Source: Candidatus Methanoperedenaceae archaeon (lineage in GTDB: Archaea > Halobacteriota > Methanosarcinia > Methanosarcinales > Methanoperedenaceae). From it: a stretch of DNA of 64,000 bases. A program made the position numbers and the translations under genes. Below are positions 10,536 to 20,776 of the stretch, piece after piece (within the stretch, counting starts at the first letter, position 1; every line of letters starts with the position of its first letter). The stretch covers positions 33,985 to 97,984 of the forward strand of contig CAVWCX010000030.1 in the NCBI GenBank assembly GCA_963753595.1, written 5' to 3'. The notes beneath the pieces are model-generated. The model saw only the letters and a list, made by a program, of their open reading frames with translations, made no database searches and was not told where the DNA came from.

Positions 10536-10556
10536 TTTTTTTAGATCTCTATTCCC

Positions 10557-11228
10557 ATGGGTCAAAAACCATTGATAGTATTGAATTTTAAAACCTATGC
10601 CGAAAGCATGGGCGAGAAAGCGGTACTGATGGCGAAATACTGTGAAGAAGTCAGTATTGGGTCAGGCATCGAGATAATTGCCTGCCCGCAGACGCCTGAT
10701 ATTTTCAGGGTTGCATGCGCGGTAAAAATACCAGTTTTCGCCCAGCATGTCGATAGCGTTAGCGCAGGAGGTTATACCGGTCACATAACTGCGGATTGCG
10801 TCCTGTCAGCAGGGGCAAAAGGAACACTTATCAACCATTCGGAGCGCCGTATCCTGTTATCTGAACTCGATTCAGCAATTCAATCCGCAAAAAAAGCAGG
10901 GTTGCTGACAATTGCCTGCACGAATAATATTGCAGTAACATCAGCAGCAGCAGCGCTTTCCCCTGATTTTGTCGCAATTGAGCCGCCTGAACTCATTGGT
11001 TCTGGCATTCCTGTTTCTAAAGCAAATCCTGAAATCGTTATCGGCTCGGTGAGCGCTGTGAAAAAAATAAACCCAAAAGTCAAAGTCCTTTGCGGTGCAG
11101 GGATTTCCACAGGAGATGATGTGGCAGCGGCAATTGAACTGGGGACACAGGGAGTGCTTCTTGCATCAGGTGTTATCAAGGCAAAAGATCCAAAGGCAGC
11201 GCTTTTTGACCTGGTGACGAAGATTTAA
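10557..11228 (+). CDS. tpiA: Triosephosphate isomerase (archaeal type)
   Basis: NFKTY, NHSER, AIEPPELIG, CGAGIS, GVLLASG. Confidence 0.97.
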   Translation: MGQKPLIVLNFKTYAESMGEKAVLMAKYCEEVSIGSGIEIIACPQTPDIFRVACAVKIPVFAQHVDSVSAGGYTGHITADCVLSAGAKGTLINHSERRILLSELDSAIQSAKKAGLLTIACTNNIAVTSAAAALSPDFVAIEPPELIGSGIPVSKANPEIVIGSVSAVKKINPKVKVLCGAGISTGDDVAAAIELGTQGVLLASGVIKAKDPKAALFDLVTKI

Positions 11229-11267
11229 TGCAACGTTTATAGCATTACAAGTTGTTTTGATTTCTGA

Positions 11268-12875
11268 ATGACTTCCATCGAATTAGCAGCCAGGGATATT
11301 ATAGAACAACTCCTTCGAAATGAGATCCCTGATGAAAAAGCCCTGAACGCAGCAAAAAAATCCGCAAGCATTCGATATAAGCTTTCATCCCTTCCTGGTA
11401 ATTCCCAGATCCTTGCCGCTGCACGTAACATTGGGGAGAAACAATTCGTCCTTGAGCATCTCCAGTTAAAACCCGTTAGAACGATCTCAGGAGTCGCTGT
11501 GATAGCAGCCATGACATCCCCTGCGCCTTGCCCTCATGGTCTTTGCATCCCATGCCCTGGTGGCGCTGATTCCAAATTCCACTCACCACAGAGCTATATG
11601 GGAGCTGAACCCGCCGCCAAAAGGGCTTTTGAGAATAATTTTGATCCCTATTTGCAGGTCTCATCGCGCCTGAAACAACTTTCACAAATAGGCCACCCGA
11701 TCGAGAAGGCAGAACTTATCATAATGGGTGGAACATATACGTCGCGTACATTGTGCTACCAGGAATGGTTCGTTAAACGTTGTATCGAGGCCATGAATGA
11801 TTTTTATGGAACAGAATGGCGAACAGAAAGGGATTATGTTTCAGTGGAAGAAGTCCAATCTGCAAACGAGAGCGCCCAGGTAAGAAATGTAGGGATAACC
11901 ATTGAGACAAGACCCGACTGGACAAAAAAAGAGCATATTGATACCATTCTTGAACTTGGTGCGACAAAAGTGGAGATAGGTGTCCAGAACACGTATGATT
12001 TTATCCTCTCGGGCATCCAGCGCGGCCATACGGTCGCCGCCAGCGCGGATGCCAATATGAGACTCAGGGACAGCGGATTAAAAGTTGGATTCCATATGAT
12101 GCCAGGGCTTCCAGGCTCAACAGTGGATTCTGATCTTCGTGTGTTCCACAGATTATTCGAGGATGAGCGCTTCATGCCGGATTATCTCAAAATATACCCG
12201 ACACTTGTCACTGAAGGAACACGGCTTCACGGGATGTGGGAAATTGGAAATTATGCGCCTCTTGAAGTGCTTGAAGCTGTCGGGTTGCTTGCAAATATAA
12301 AAGCCCTGCTGCCCAGATGGGTACGCCTTCAAAGGATCCAGCGCGATATTCCAGCCTACCAGGTGCTTGCGGGAATAAAGAAAAGCAATATCAGGCAGCT
12401 TGCACAAGAGCGGTTGAAGGAAATGGAAGGGAAATGCAGGTGCATAAGGTGCCGTGAGGTCGGGCATAAGGAACTTTCAGGAATAAAACCGGGGAATATT
12501 GAACTGACAAGCGAAAAATACAGGGCTTGCGGTGGTCTGGAACACTTCATTTCATTCGAAGATGCAACAATGGATGTATTGGTCGGCTTCCTGAGGCTGC
12601 GCTTCCCGGCATCGCCCCATAGGGCAGAACTTAAAGGCGCAGCGCTTATCCGTGAACTTCATGTCTATGGCTCGATGGTAGCTCCGGGTGAGGACGCAGG
12701 TGAATCACAGTGGCAGCACAAAGGCTATGGTGAAGAGCTCCTGGCCCATGCAGAAGAAACCGCAAGAACTTGCGGATATGAGAAAATTGCGGTAACAAGC
12801 GGCATGGGTGTAAGGGATTATTACAGGAAATTCGGGTACGAGCGAGAAGGACCATACATGACGAAAAGATTGTGA
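11268..12875 (+). CDS. elp3: Elp3 tRNA U34 carboxymethyltransferase (radical SAM + GNAT)
   Basis: KPVRTISGV, CPHGLCIPCPGG, ETRPD, KIYPTLV, RIQRDIP, CRCIRCRE, RELHVYG, QHKGYG. Confidence 0.95.
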   Translation: MTSIELAARDIIEQLLRNEIPDEKALNAAKKSASIRYKLSSLPGNSQILAAARNIGEKQFVLEHLQLKPVRTISGVAVIAAMTSPAPCPHGLCIPCPGGADSKFHSPQSYMGAEPAAKRAFENNFDPYLQVSSRLKQLSQIGHPIEKAELIIMGGTYTSRTLCYQEWFVKRCIEAMNDFYGTEWRTERDYVSVEEVQSANESAQVRNVGITIETRPDWTKKEHIDTILELGATKVEIGVQNTYDFILSGIQRGHTVAASADANMRLRDSGLKVGFHMMPGLPGSTVDSDLRVFHRLFEDERFMPDYLKIYPTLVTEGTRLHGMWEIGNYAPLEVLEAVGLLANIKALLPRWVRLQRIQRDIPAYQVLAGIKKSNIRQLAQERLKEMEGKCRCIRCREVGHKELSGIKPGNIELTSEKYRACGGLEHFISFEDATMDVLVGFLRLRFPASPHRAELKGAALIRELHVYGSMVAPGEDAGESQWQHKGYGEELLAHAEETARTCGYEKIAVTSGMGVRDYYRKFGYEREGPYMTKRL

Positions 12876-13858
12876 AAAGCATACAAAATTATAAATTAAC
12901 GGTAAATAATTGGATGCCTGTGCAAAAAAAGATCGCGATCACTGCTCTTGTCCCGCCGGAATTAATATTTGCGTGCAGAGGTGAACCATTTGATGTCAAT
13001 AATGTCATCCCCGGATCAAAAAAATACCCGCGTAACAAATTATGCGCCTGGACTGCCATCTGGCAGGAGATGCTTTCAAAGAGAGAGATAAATATTGACT
13101 CTCTTATCGTAGTAGCAGGCGGGGATTGCCATAATGCGCTCGTAGATGGCCAGAAAGTTGCAATGAGCGGCATTCCCACCCACTTTTTCTTTTATCCTTT
13201 CGACGGGGATCCCGATTACCTGGAATCACAATTGTATAAACTCAGTGATTTCCTTGGAAATATTGGATCACCTGAAAAACCCGGGCAGATCAGGGAGCTT
13301 AAAAAATTAGGGAAAAAAATAGATAAAAAAAGAGCAGATGGCAAGATCTCATCAGGGGATGCTTTCAGGATCATGATCTCTTTTTCCGACCTCATGGGTG
13401 ATCTTGATAAATTCAAGAAAGTTATTTCCTCAACAAAAGAGCGAAAAATTGAAATGAAGAACAGGGTTGCATTGATAGGTGTTCCTCCGATATTTCATGA
13501 TTTCCATGATGTGGCTGAGTCTCTGGGACTTGCGGTGGTTTTTGATGAACTTCCTTTTGAATTTATCAGGCACTCAGGAACTGATATTCCTGAGATCGCC
13601 CGTGATTACTGCAACTACACCTTTGCCAGGCCGCTTGATTTCAGGATAAAATTCCTCCAGCAGGAACTTGAAAAAAGAAAAGTTGACGGTGTAATACATT
13701 ATACGCAATTTGCCTGCCATCACATGCTTGAAGATGAGATCATGAGGTCAAAGCTTGATTACCCGATGCTGACCATACAGGGAGACCTTCCGGGAAATAC
13801 TCCTGAGCAGATAAAATTGAGGCTTGAAGCCTTCAGGGAGGCGCTTGAAAGGTCATGA
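12872..13858 (+). CDS. 2-hydroxyacyl-CoA dehydratase family subunit (HgdAB/FldBC-like)
   Basis: VPPELI, LCAW, GGDC, DGVIHYTQFAC, RLEAFRE. Confidence 0.8.
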   Translation: MKSIQNYKLTVNNWMPVQKKIAITALVPPELIFACRGEPFDVNNVIPGSKKYPRNKLCAWTAIWQEMLSKREINIDSLIVVAGGDCHNALVDGQKVAMSGIPTHFFFYPFDGDPDYLESQLYKLSDFLGNIGSPEKPGQIRELKKLGKKIDKKRADGKISSGDAFRIMISFSDLMGDLDKFKKVISSTKERKIEMKNRVALIGVPPIFHDFHDVAESLGLAVVFDELPFEFIRHSGTDIPEIARDYCNYTFARPLDFRIKFLQQELEKRKVDGVIHYTQFACHHMLEDEIMRSKLDYPMLTIQGDLPGNTPEQIKLRLEAFREALERS

Positions 13859-14541
13859 TAGGGCTTGACGTGGGCAGTACGACTGCAAAAAAAGTTTCAA
13901 TTGAAGATGGCGAATTAAAATATAAGATAACAGGGACACACAATTGGATAGACCTGGTAACTGGAATTGATGGGAATGATATTATTTCAACCGGGTATTT
14001 CCGGAACTCAGTCCCGCATCGCGCCTCTGTCACTGAAATAACAGCTGCCATTTATGGTGTCAGGCATTATTTCCCTGATGCTGATGTGATCGTGGATATC
14101 GGGGGACAGGACACAAAGGTCATAGATGTCAAAAAAAATAATTTCATAATAAACGACAAATGCAGCGCAGGAACAGGTGCTTTTCTTGAGTTCGTTGCAA
14201 ATTATTTCAAGATCGATATAAAAGAGCTTGGTTCATTTCACAGCAGGGCAAAACGAATTCCTGCGATAAATAACACATGCGGAGTATTTGCTCTTTCCGA
14301 GATGATCTCACAGCTTGTAGCCGGATATACACAGGAAGAAGTTATTGCAGGGATGCATTATGCATTTGCGCGCAGGATCTCATTTATGATACCAGAGGCA
14401 GAAGAACTTGTTCTTATTGGCGGGACTGTAAAGAATAAAGGAATGTTATCAGCTCTTAAGGATATCCTCCAAAAAGAAGTACTTGTACCGGAAGAACCAC
14501 AGATCGTGAACGCTCTGGGTGCCCTTAAGTATTACTGCTGA
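13855..14541 (+). CDS. Dehydratase activase (HgdC/BadF-G ATPase)
   Basis: GLDVGSTTAK, STGY, DIGGQDTK, NDKCSAGTG, CGVFA. Confidence 0.9.
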   Translation: MIGLDVGSTTAKKVSIEDGELKYKITGTHNWIDLVTGIDGNDIISTGYFRNSVPHRASVTEITAAIYGVRHYFPDADVIVDIGGQDTKVIDVKKNNFIINDKCSAGTGAFLEFVANYFKIDIKELGSFHSRAKRIPAINNTCGVFALSEMISQLVAGYTQEEVIAGMHYAFARRISFMIPEAEELVLIGGTVKNKGMLSALKDILQKEVLVPEEPQIVNALGALKYYC

Positions 14542-14637
14542 TCAATTTTAGTATAATCAATACCATCGAATTCCAGGTTTATTAAAATATTCTCCACAAT
14601 TCTTATTTAGTGTTAGAACAAGTATCGGTGGGATTTC

Positions 14638-15669
14638 ATGGAAAGGTTCAAATCGAGAAATATTCTGTTTGTAATTATAATAGGTGCGATTATTTTTGCA
14701 ATTTTCGCAAAACAGATAGGATTTGAGAAATTTTTTAGTTTAGTGAATAACGCCAATAAACTTTTCCTTCTTCTTGCAGTATTTTTTAATTTAATGAATA
14801 TGATAACCTTTACCATCTCATGGAGATTCCTTATACCTGCAAAGATCAGCCTGTATAAATTATTCAAATTCTATATGGCTGGAACATTTATCAATAACAT
14901 AACTCCATCATTCGGGACAGCCGGAGAACCGGTAAAAGCAATGTACCTGGGGAAAGAAACAGGAACGAGCAAGTCTGAATGTTTTGCAGGTATCGTATCA
15001 GTGAGGATGCTAAATATGTTCCCATTCTTAACGATCGGGATGTTTGGTATCTGGCTTCTGTTTTCCAATCCTATGATAAAACTGGGGTTCTGGGCGATAG
15101 TAGGATTGGTTTTCTCTATAGGGCTTGCTCTTTCAATATTCTTTCTTATAATCTATTTTTATATAAGAAAAGATAAATTATCTTCATTTGTCCATTCATC
15201 CATCCGATTTTTTGCTCCATTTATCGGGCTGGTGAAAAAAGGTTTTGACCATACTTCATACATTACTGCTGTGGATGAGTCGATCAACTCATTCCATGGT
15301 GGTCTCACGAATATACGCCATGATAAAAAAGGCCTTGCAAAAGTACTTGTTTTATCATATCTGGGGTGGGTTTTTGACATGCTGGCGATATATATGGTAT
15401 TTCTTTCCATAGATGGAAATTATATCCATATCAGTGTATTGATCATTTCCTATACCGTATCTATGGTAAGTAGCTGGCTTCCTCTTTTCCTGCCCGGAGG
15501 GCTTGGGATTGTTGATGGTACAATGGCGATCCTTTTCATTTATGGAGGCGTCCCTGCTGAGATAGCGATACTTGCAACACTTCTTTACAGGCTTTCATCC
15601 TACTGGTTCAATACTATATTGGGAGCATTCTATTTCTGGATTCTTTTAAAACCAGCTGATCCTTCGTGA
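14638..15669 (+). CDS. UPF0104 / lysylphosphatidylglycerol-synthase-TM flippase-like membrane protein
   Basis: NNITPS..AGEPVK, PGGLG, LYRLSSYW; multiple TM helices. Confidence 0.85.
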   Translation: MERFKSRNILFVIIIGAIIFAIFAKQIGFEKFFSLVNNANKLFLLLAVFFNLMNMITFTISWRFLIPAKISLYKLFKFYMAGTFINNITPSFGTAGEPVKAMYLGKETGTSKSECFAGIVSVRMLNMFPFLTIGMFGIWLLFSNPMIKLGFWAIVGLVFSIGLALSIFFLIIYFYIRKDKLSSFVHSSIRFFAPFIGLVKKGFDHTSYITAVDESINSFHGGLTNIRHDKKGLAKVLVLSYLGWVFDMLAIYMVFLSIDGNYIHISVLIISYTVSMVSSWLPLFLPGGLGIVDGTMAILFIYGGVPAEIAILATLLYRLSSYWFNTILGAFYFWILLKPADPS

Positions 15670-16549
15670 AAGTGAAACTGCCTTTTATATCCACATGGTC
15701 GGGAAGTTCCCCGAATTTTGCCTTTAATATCAGGTCAGCTATCTGGGTTTCCATCACTTTTGATATCCCTATTATGGATGAAGTTGGCCTGGGATTAACA
15801 TCCACAACATATGGTTTATCCCCGAGCACTATATCCACGCCTGCATACCCGCGGCATCCCAGTATCCTTGCAGTTCTTGTTGCCACGTCTATTATCTCTT
15901 CGTTCCGTTCGCAATGATATGGCACCACGCTTCCTTTGTACGAAAATCCGTCTTTAATTTCGATCAACTGCCTGTTTACTGTAAGGGGAAGCTGGGTTTT
16001 TCCTGTTATCAAACTGACGCTTAAGTGTTCTCCTTCTATGAATTCCGTAGCGATGTAACCTTCTTTTAATTTCCCTCTTTTGCTTCTGTGTATTCCTTCG
16101 GAAGCGCAGCCAAATCTTGGTTTTATCACGAAATCACCATTATATTCCCCATCATTTTCACTGTTTCCAATGGTTTCCGGGACAGGTATATTTTCATGGG
16201 AAAGTGCGCGGGTACATTCCAATTTATCCGCGCACAGGCGCACTGAATCAGATGGGCACCCGAGGTTCACGGAATTATTTTCAACTATCCCGGTCATTTC
16301 CCCCAGGAGTTCATCAGGCGCAATAACTAAAGCTGCATCACATTCTTTTGACAATTTCCTCAGCGTTTCCTCAAATCCGGTTGTTCTGACAGCCTTTCCT
16401 GATTGAAGTTTTACACCTGCCGAAGGATAAAATACAAAATGTCCGCATGAAACAAAACTTTTCACAAGGGTATCAAGCATTGCTTTTCCTTCAAGCATGA
16501 ATTCCTCGATGCCTGCACCCACTGCATATTCTGCGACAAGGATTTTCAT
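15614..16549 (-). CDS. mfnD: ATP-grasp enzyme, probable tyramine--L-glutamate ligase (methanofuran biosynthesis)
   Basis: MKILVAEYA..EGKAML N-terminus, IAP, CADK, VIKP..GC, GYAGVD, VNPRPTSS. Confidence 0.7.
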   Translation of the reverse strand: MKILVAEYAVGAGIEEFMLEGKAMLDTLVKSFVSCGHFVFYPSAGVKLQSGKAVRTTGFEETLRKLSKECDAALVIAPDELLGEMTGIVENNSVNLGCPSDSVRLCADKLECTRALSHENIPVPETIGNSENDGEYNGDFVIKPRFGCASEGIHRSKRGKLKEGYIATEFIEGEHLSVSLITGKTQLPLTVNRQLIEIKDGFSYKGSVVPYHCERNEEIIDVATRTARILGCRGYAGVDIVLGDKPYVVDVNPRPTSSIIGISKVMETQIADLILKAKFGELPDHVDIKGSFTFTKDQLVLKESRNRMLPI

Positions 16550-16575
16550 AGGATAATGTAATGGAGTGGTAAATA

Positions 16576-17116
16576 TTAAAACTGCGGTTTCTTTTTGAAA
16601 TACCGCTCTTTTTCACTGAATATACATCCGCAATATTTTTGCATATAAAGTCCCAGTTCCTTTGATATATCACGGGATTCCTGATATCCTTCCCTGAAAT
16701 CCTCATAATAGAATTCGATCCCGGATTGTTCAGCTATTTTTTCTCCAGACCCGCGCGAGTGTATCGTGTTTCTGGTATGGCGAAATGAGAAGTGTGGTCG
16801 TGAAAGCATCAAATTCCAGTTGTTTTGCCATTTTTGCGGTTTCTTCAAGTCTGGCAGTGTAGCAGAATGTACATCGTTCTTCTGCGGCAAGAGCTCCCCT
16901 GAGATAGTTTTCTATCTCGTAATTATTATCGTAGATCACTTTTGTTCCTTTTAACTCCACATATTTTTCCACCGATAACAGACGATTTTTATATTCCTGG
17001 TATGGATGAATATTGGGATTATAAAAAAAAGCTGTTACATCATGTCCTTCCTCCAGCATTCGTTTATGAGGATATGTGAAACACGGGGCACAGCAAACAT
17101 GGGTGAGAATTTTCAT
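16576..17116 (-). CDS. queH: Epoxyqueuosine reductase QueH (DUF208) family, split by a 1-nt frameshift near 16751
   Basis: HVCCAPC, YNPNIHP, RCTFCY, TTLLISP, then YMQKYCGCIFS in the other frame; removing one base of CCC at 16750-52 fuses them. Confidence 0.8.
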
Positions 17117-17191
17117 AATATCTATTATCTTGTTTCCTTATACTTTAATATAATACCGACGTGATTTATTCATCTTTTCAATGAGGATTTT

Positions 17192-17932
17192 TTATTGACA
17201 AGGATAACTTTTTTCTTCCCGGTAGTACTGGAAGAGATTTTTGCACCAATCCCTGAATCGGTCGTCATAGCCGAAGATTGCAGTATTATGATCTATCTTT
17301 CCATCAGGTCCGGGAAGTTCCAGCATGCAAAATTTATCGCTTACGATCACTGATATTTTAATCTCGTCCATGACTTTAGTTTCTATCTTTTTCCTGTTTT
17401 TTTCACTAAGCAGCGAACCGGAGCATTTGTCTTTTGGAAGTATTACTCTTATTTCCACTCCCTCTTCCAATTTATTTTCGATATCGGGCAGATGGTGCCT
17501 TGGAAAATCATCGGACATGTACCACATGTAGCTTTTTATACCATCCCCCAATTTTTCATGGGTATTTAATATATTATAGACACCTGTTATTATCTCTCCT
17601 GTAGAGAGGGCGTCTATTTGTCTCAGGAGATTAAGAGGAATATGTGAAGTTTCATGGTTCAGGAAGAATCCTGATTTCCCGGATATTAAGTCCAGACTTG
17701 ATATGCTGGATAAAACCAGTTTCCCGAAGAGTGTATTATAATATTTGCCATCCCCTTTTTTCTCGATCAACTGGGCTTCTGTTAATCTTGAAAGTTGTCT
17801 TGATGCTTCAGTCGAGTTCATGTCAACTTCTTTGATCAGGCTGGTGAACGTCATCGGTTTTCCATCCAGGGTTTTGAGAATACAAAGCCTGTTTTCTGAA
17901 GACAGTTCCGTAAATAGCTCGTAGATTTTCAT
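17192..17932 (-). CDS. Winged-helix transcription regulator with DUF1724-like C-terminal domain
   Basis: ELSSENRL..EASRQLSRL HTH, HETSHIP, WCKNLFQYY; paralog of 28391-29116. Confidence 0.8.
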   Translation of the reverse strand: MKIYELFTELSSENRLCILKTLDGKPMTFTSLIKEVDMNSTEASRQLSRLTEAQLIEKKGDGKYYNTLFGKLVLSSISSLDLISGKSGFFLNHETSHIPLNLLRQIDALSTGEIITGVYNILNTHEKLGDGIKSYMWYMSDDFPRHHLPDIENKLEEGVEIRVILPKDKCSGSLLSEKNRKKIETKVMDEIKISVIVSDKFCMLELPGPDGKIDHNTAIFGYDDRFRDWCKNLFQYYREEKSYPCQ

Positions 17933-17943
17933 CGTTTTTCCCT

Positions 17944-18012
17944 GTTACATTTGTGTAACCTTTGTTATATGTTTTTTGCTAATTTTACATTCATGCCAGA
18001 TTTTTATTAAGC
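17944..18012. promoter_or_regulatory. Divergent promoter with palindrome GTTACA-N4-TGTAAC and TATA-like TTTATTAA
   Basis: Palindrome at 17944-17959; block conserved at about 29128-29198. Confidence 0.55.
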
Positions 18013-18048
18013 ATTTCCTGAACCATTTTTCCCCTGGTGATAAGAACA

Positions 18049-18285
18049 ATGGTCGGACACGAATTTGCATTCTATGTGACCCTGAAGCCAAACATGATAA
18101 AAGACCTCAAGATCAGATGCGATTACAGGGAAGAATTTGAGTTCGGAGGAACCCTGGACGTCGATGAGATCAAGATGGTCGAAGATGAGATCCTGAGGGT
18201 CGCGGGTAAATTCGGTGTAATAGATTTGGGCATTTCGATGTCTGAGTTGAAGACGATCATAAAAAAACAGAGGTTAAAGAAATGA
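18049..18285 (+). CDS. Small hypothetical protein
   Basis: ORF preceded by GGTGA; first gene of the ABC operon. Confidence 0.55.
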   Translation: MVGHEFAFYVTLKPNMIKDLKIRCDYREEFEFGGTLDVDEIKMVEDEILRVAGKFGVIDLGISMSELKTIIKKQRLKK

Positions 18286-18400
18286 ACAAACTACACGAAA
18301 ACACTCGGAATATCCGTAAATTTGAGAGATTCGGGGAACTCAGAAATAAGGCAATAATTCATGAAGGCAAGAAGCTTGCTGCGATAAAGGGTGATCTGCA

Positions 18401-19567
18401 ATGAAACAGCCAATACTAACTCTAATTGCAGTATTTGCTCTCATTTTTATGATCGTTCCTGCTAACGCTGAACTTGAGGTCGTACTGGAACAGCTCTCAC
18501 CCCAACCCGTTGAACCGGGGCAGGATCTGACGCTGTCAATAAGGCTAGAAAATGAAAATAGCGATATGGAAAATGTACGTCTTGAGATCGTTCCGGATTC
18601 GCCGATTACAATCAAGAATGAAAACAGGCGCATTATCGATGAAGGCAGGATTGTCCAATATGGCGCCATAACTGAAACCTACCTGTTACATGTCGATCCT
18701 CTCGCAGCTTCCGGCACATACGAGATCGAATTCAGAACACGCTGGTCTGGCAATGGCATGTCCACTGAAACAAACAAAACCTTCAAGGTATTGGTCAGGG
18801 GAGCGCCTCAGCTTATGATTTCCAAACTCACAGTAAATCCAGGAGGAATAAGCCCGAAGGATAAAATTGATCTAACGTTCCAGGTCTCAAATGAAGGAAC
18901 CGGTATGGCACGGGAAATTCAGGTAAGTGCCGACATGAGCGATCTGCCTTTTGTATCCCTGGATGCTGATACCAAGGTCATAAAAAGACTTGAACCTGGA
19001 GAAAACATTCAATTGAACTACCCTATCCAGGTTAAAGACAAGACCGAAATTTCATCCTACTCTATCCCGATTAAAATGGATTATAAGGACGAGAACGGCA
19101 AAAACATAAGCTCGAAAAGTCTTGCAGGAGTCCGGGTTCTTGGTAAAGCAGAACTTGCGATATCAGATATAAAGATCGAACCACAAAATCCGGTAATTGG
19201 TGACCTTGTTACTGTTAATATGCGCATTGAAAATTCAGGAACAGGCGAGGCTAGATCTGTTAAGATAAAACTTGATGCCCCGTTTGAGGGAACAAAATCC
19301 GCATTCCTTGGCAAGATCAAGCCCGATGACGATGCACCCGGGATTTTTACATTCTACGCAACAAAAGATGGTAATATTCCATTGTCCGCATCGATAGAAT
19401 ATGAAGATGATCTGGGCATGCGATCTGTCAAAGAATCACTGGATCTTCATGTATATAAACAGAATGAAAATAGCATGATGGCACCTATAGTTGTGGCTGT
19501 GCCTGTTATTGGTTCGATCGCATATTATCTATCCCGCAGGAAGAAAAACCCGGGCAATACTAAATGA
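18401..19567 (+). CDS. COG1361 / CARDB-like surface protein with signal peptide and C-terminal TM anchor
   Basis: Signal peptide, repeated N-x-G-T-G-x-A Ig-like motifs, TM followed by RRKK. Confidence 0.8.
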   Translation: MKQPILTLIAVFALIFMIVPANAELEVVLEQLSPQPVEPGQDLTLSIRLENENSDMENVRLEIVPDSPITIKNENRRIIDEGRIVQYGAITETYLLHVDPLAASGTYEIEFRTRWSGNGMSTETNKTFKVLVRGAPQLMISKLTVNPGGISPKDKIDLTFQVSNEGTGMAREIQVSADMSDLPFVSLDADTKVIKRLEPGENIQLNYPIQVKDKTEISSYSIPIKMDYKDENGKNISSKSLAGVRVLGKAELAISDIKIEPQNPVIGDLVTVNMRIENSGTGEARSVKIKLDAPFEGTKSAFLGKIKPDDDAPGIFTFYATKDGNIPLSASIEYEDDLGMRSVKESLDLHVYKQNENSMMAPIVVAVPVIGSIAYYLSRRKKNPGNTK

Positions 19568-19576
19568 AGAGGGGTT

Positions 19577-20776
19577 ATGTTCAACAACTTTAAACTTTCT
19601 ACATTCCTGGCATTGCGGTCAATGATGAAAGGAAATAAAAGCACACTGCTTTTAATAATCTTCATAATGTCAATGGTCTTTGTAAATCTAGTATTTATAA
19701 ATTCCATTTTTCTTGGAGTGACCGAAGCCACCAATAACCAGGTGATCAACTCGCTCTACAGTAACATTGTGATCGAACCAAAAAAGGATGCCAAATATAT
19801 AAGCGATGTTTATTCCCTGGAACAAAAGATAAAAAATATCCCTGGTGTAGCAGGCATATCTGCACAATATGTAACAGGCGCCACGCTTTCATTTGAGGAT
19901 AAACATGGAACATGGACAGTTCGCTCTATTGATCCTGATGATGAGATGAAAGTTACTACAAATTATAATTTCCTGATCGCCGGAAAATACCTGAGCAGGC
20001 TTGACAGGAACGAGATCCTGCTTGGAAAAGAGATCGCAGGAGGATATGGAGGAGATCTTGATTATAGTTCACTTGGAGTTAAAGTTGGTGATAACATAGA
20101 TGTGCTGTATAATAATGGAGTTAAGAAAAGCTACAGGGTAAAGGGAATTTTTGATGCGAATTTCATACAAACCAATACTATGGCATATATCAGCCAGAAA
20201 GAGATGGAATCCGTAGTCGGCCTGGAAGATAAGGCCTCACAAATACTGGTCAAGACCATTGATAAGGGAAATGAAGACAGCTACATTAAACAGTTCCAGG
20301 AGATGGGTATTAAAGAAGAAATAAAACCATGGACTGTCTATTCCGGCATGGTAAAAAACATAACGAACAGCTTTAATATGATCTCAATGATGATATCTGC
20401 TATCGGTTTGTTCGTGGCTGTTATTACTATATTTATTATTGTCTATACCAGTACTATCAGCAAGCGAAAACAGATCGGAATTTTGAGGGCTATCGGAATA
20501 GAAGAATCTGTGATAATACAATCCTATATATTCCAGGCATTGTTCATTGTGATCTGCGGTATAATTATTGGTTTGATAATTATATTTATTGCAATAAAAC
20601 CATATTTCATTGAGCATCCATTGAAATTCCCAATCGGACTGGCTTCATTACTGATCCTTCCTGAAAGAGTAACATTTAATGCGATCAGTCTGGTTATTGC
20701 TGCCATTGCTGCGGGGTTTATACCTTCCTGGCTGGCTGTGCGAAAGACGATAATAGATACAATATGGGGTGATTAA
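19577..20776 (+). CDS. ABC transporter permease (MacB/FtsX)
   Basis: KRKQIGILRAIG; one N-terminal plus three C-terminal TM helices. Confidence 0.9.
   Translation: MFNNFKLSTFLALRSMMKGNKSTLLLIIFIMSMVFVNLVFINSIFLGVTEATNNQVINSLYSNIVIEPKKDAKYISDVYSLEQKIKNIPGVAGISAQYVTGATLSFEDKHGTWTVRSIDPDDEMKVTTNYNFLIAGKYLSRLDRNEILLGKEIAGGYGGDLDYSSLGVKVGDNIDVLYNNGVKKSYRVKGIFDANFIQTNTMAYISQKEMESVVGLEDKASQILVKTIDKGNEDSYIKQFQEMGIKEEIKPWTVYSGMVKNITNSFNMISMMISAIGLFVAVITIFIIVYTSTISKRKQIGILRAIGIEESVIIQSYIFQALFIVICGIIIGLIIIFIAIKPYFIEHPLKFPIGLASLLILPERVTFNAISLVIAAIAAGFIPSWLAVRKTIIDTIWGD

Noticed and set aside
18288-18340. Possible further periodic hairpin (also about 35230-35300 and 38969-38990)
   Set aside because: Too degenerate to define arms confidently by eye.
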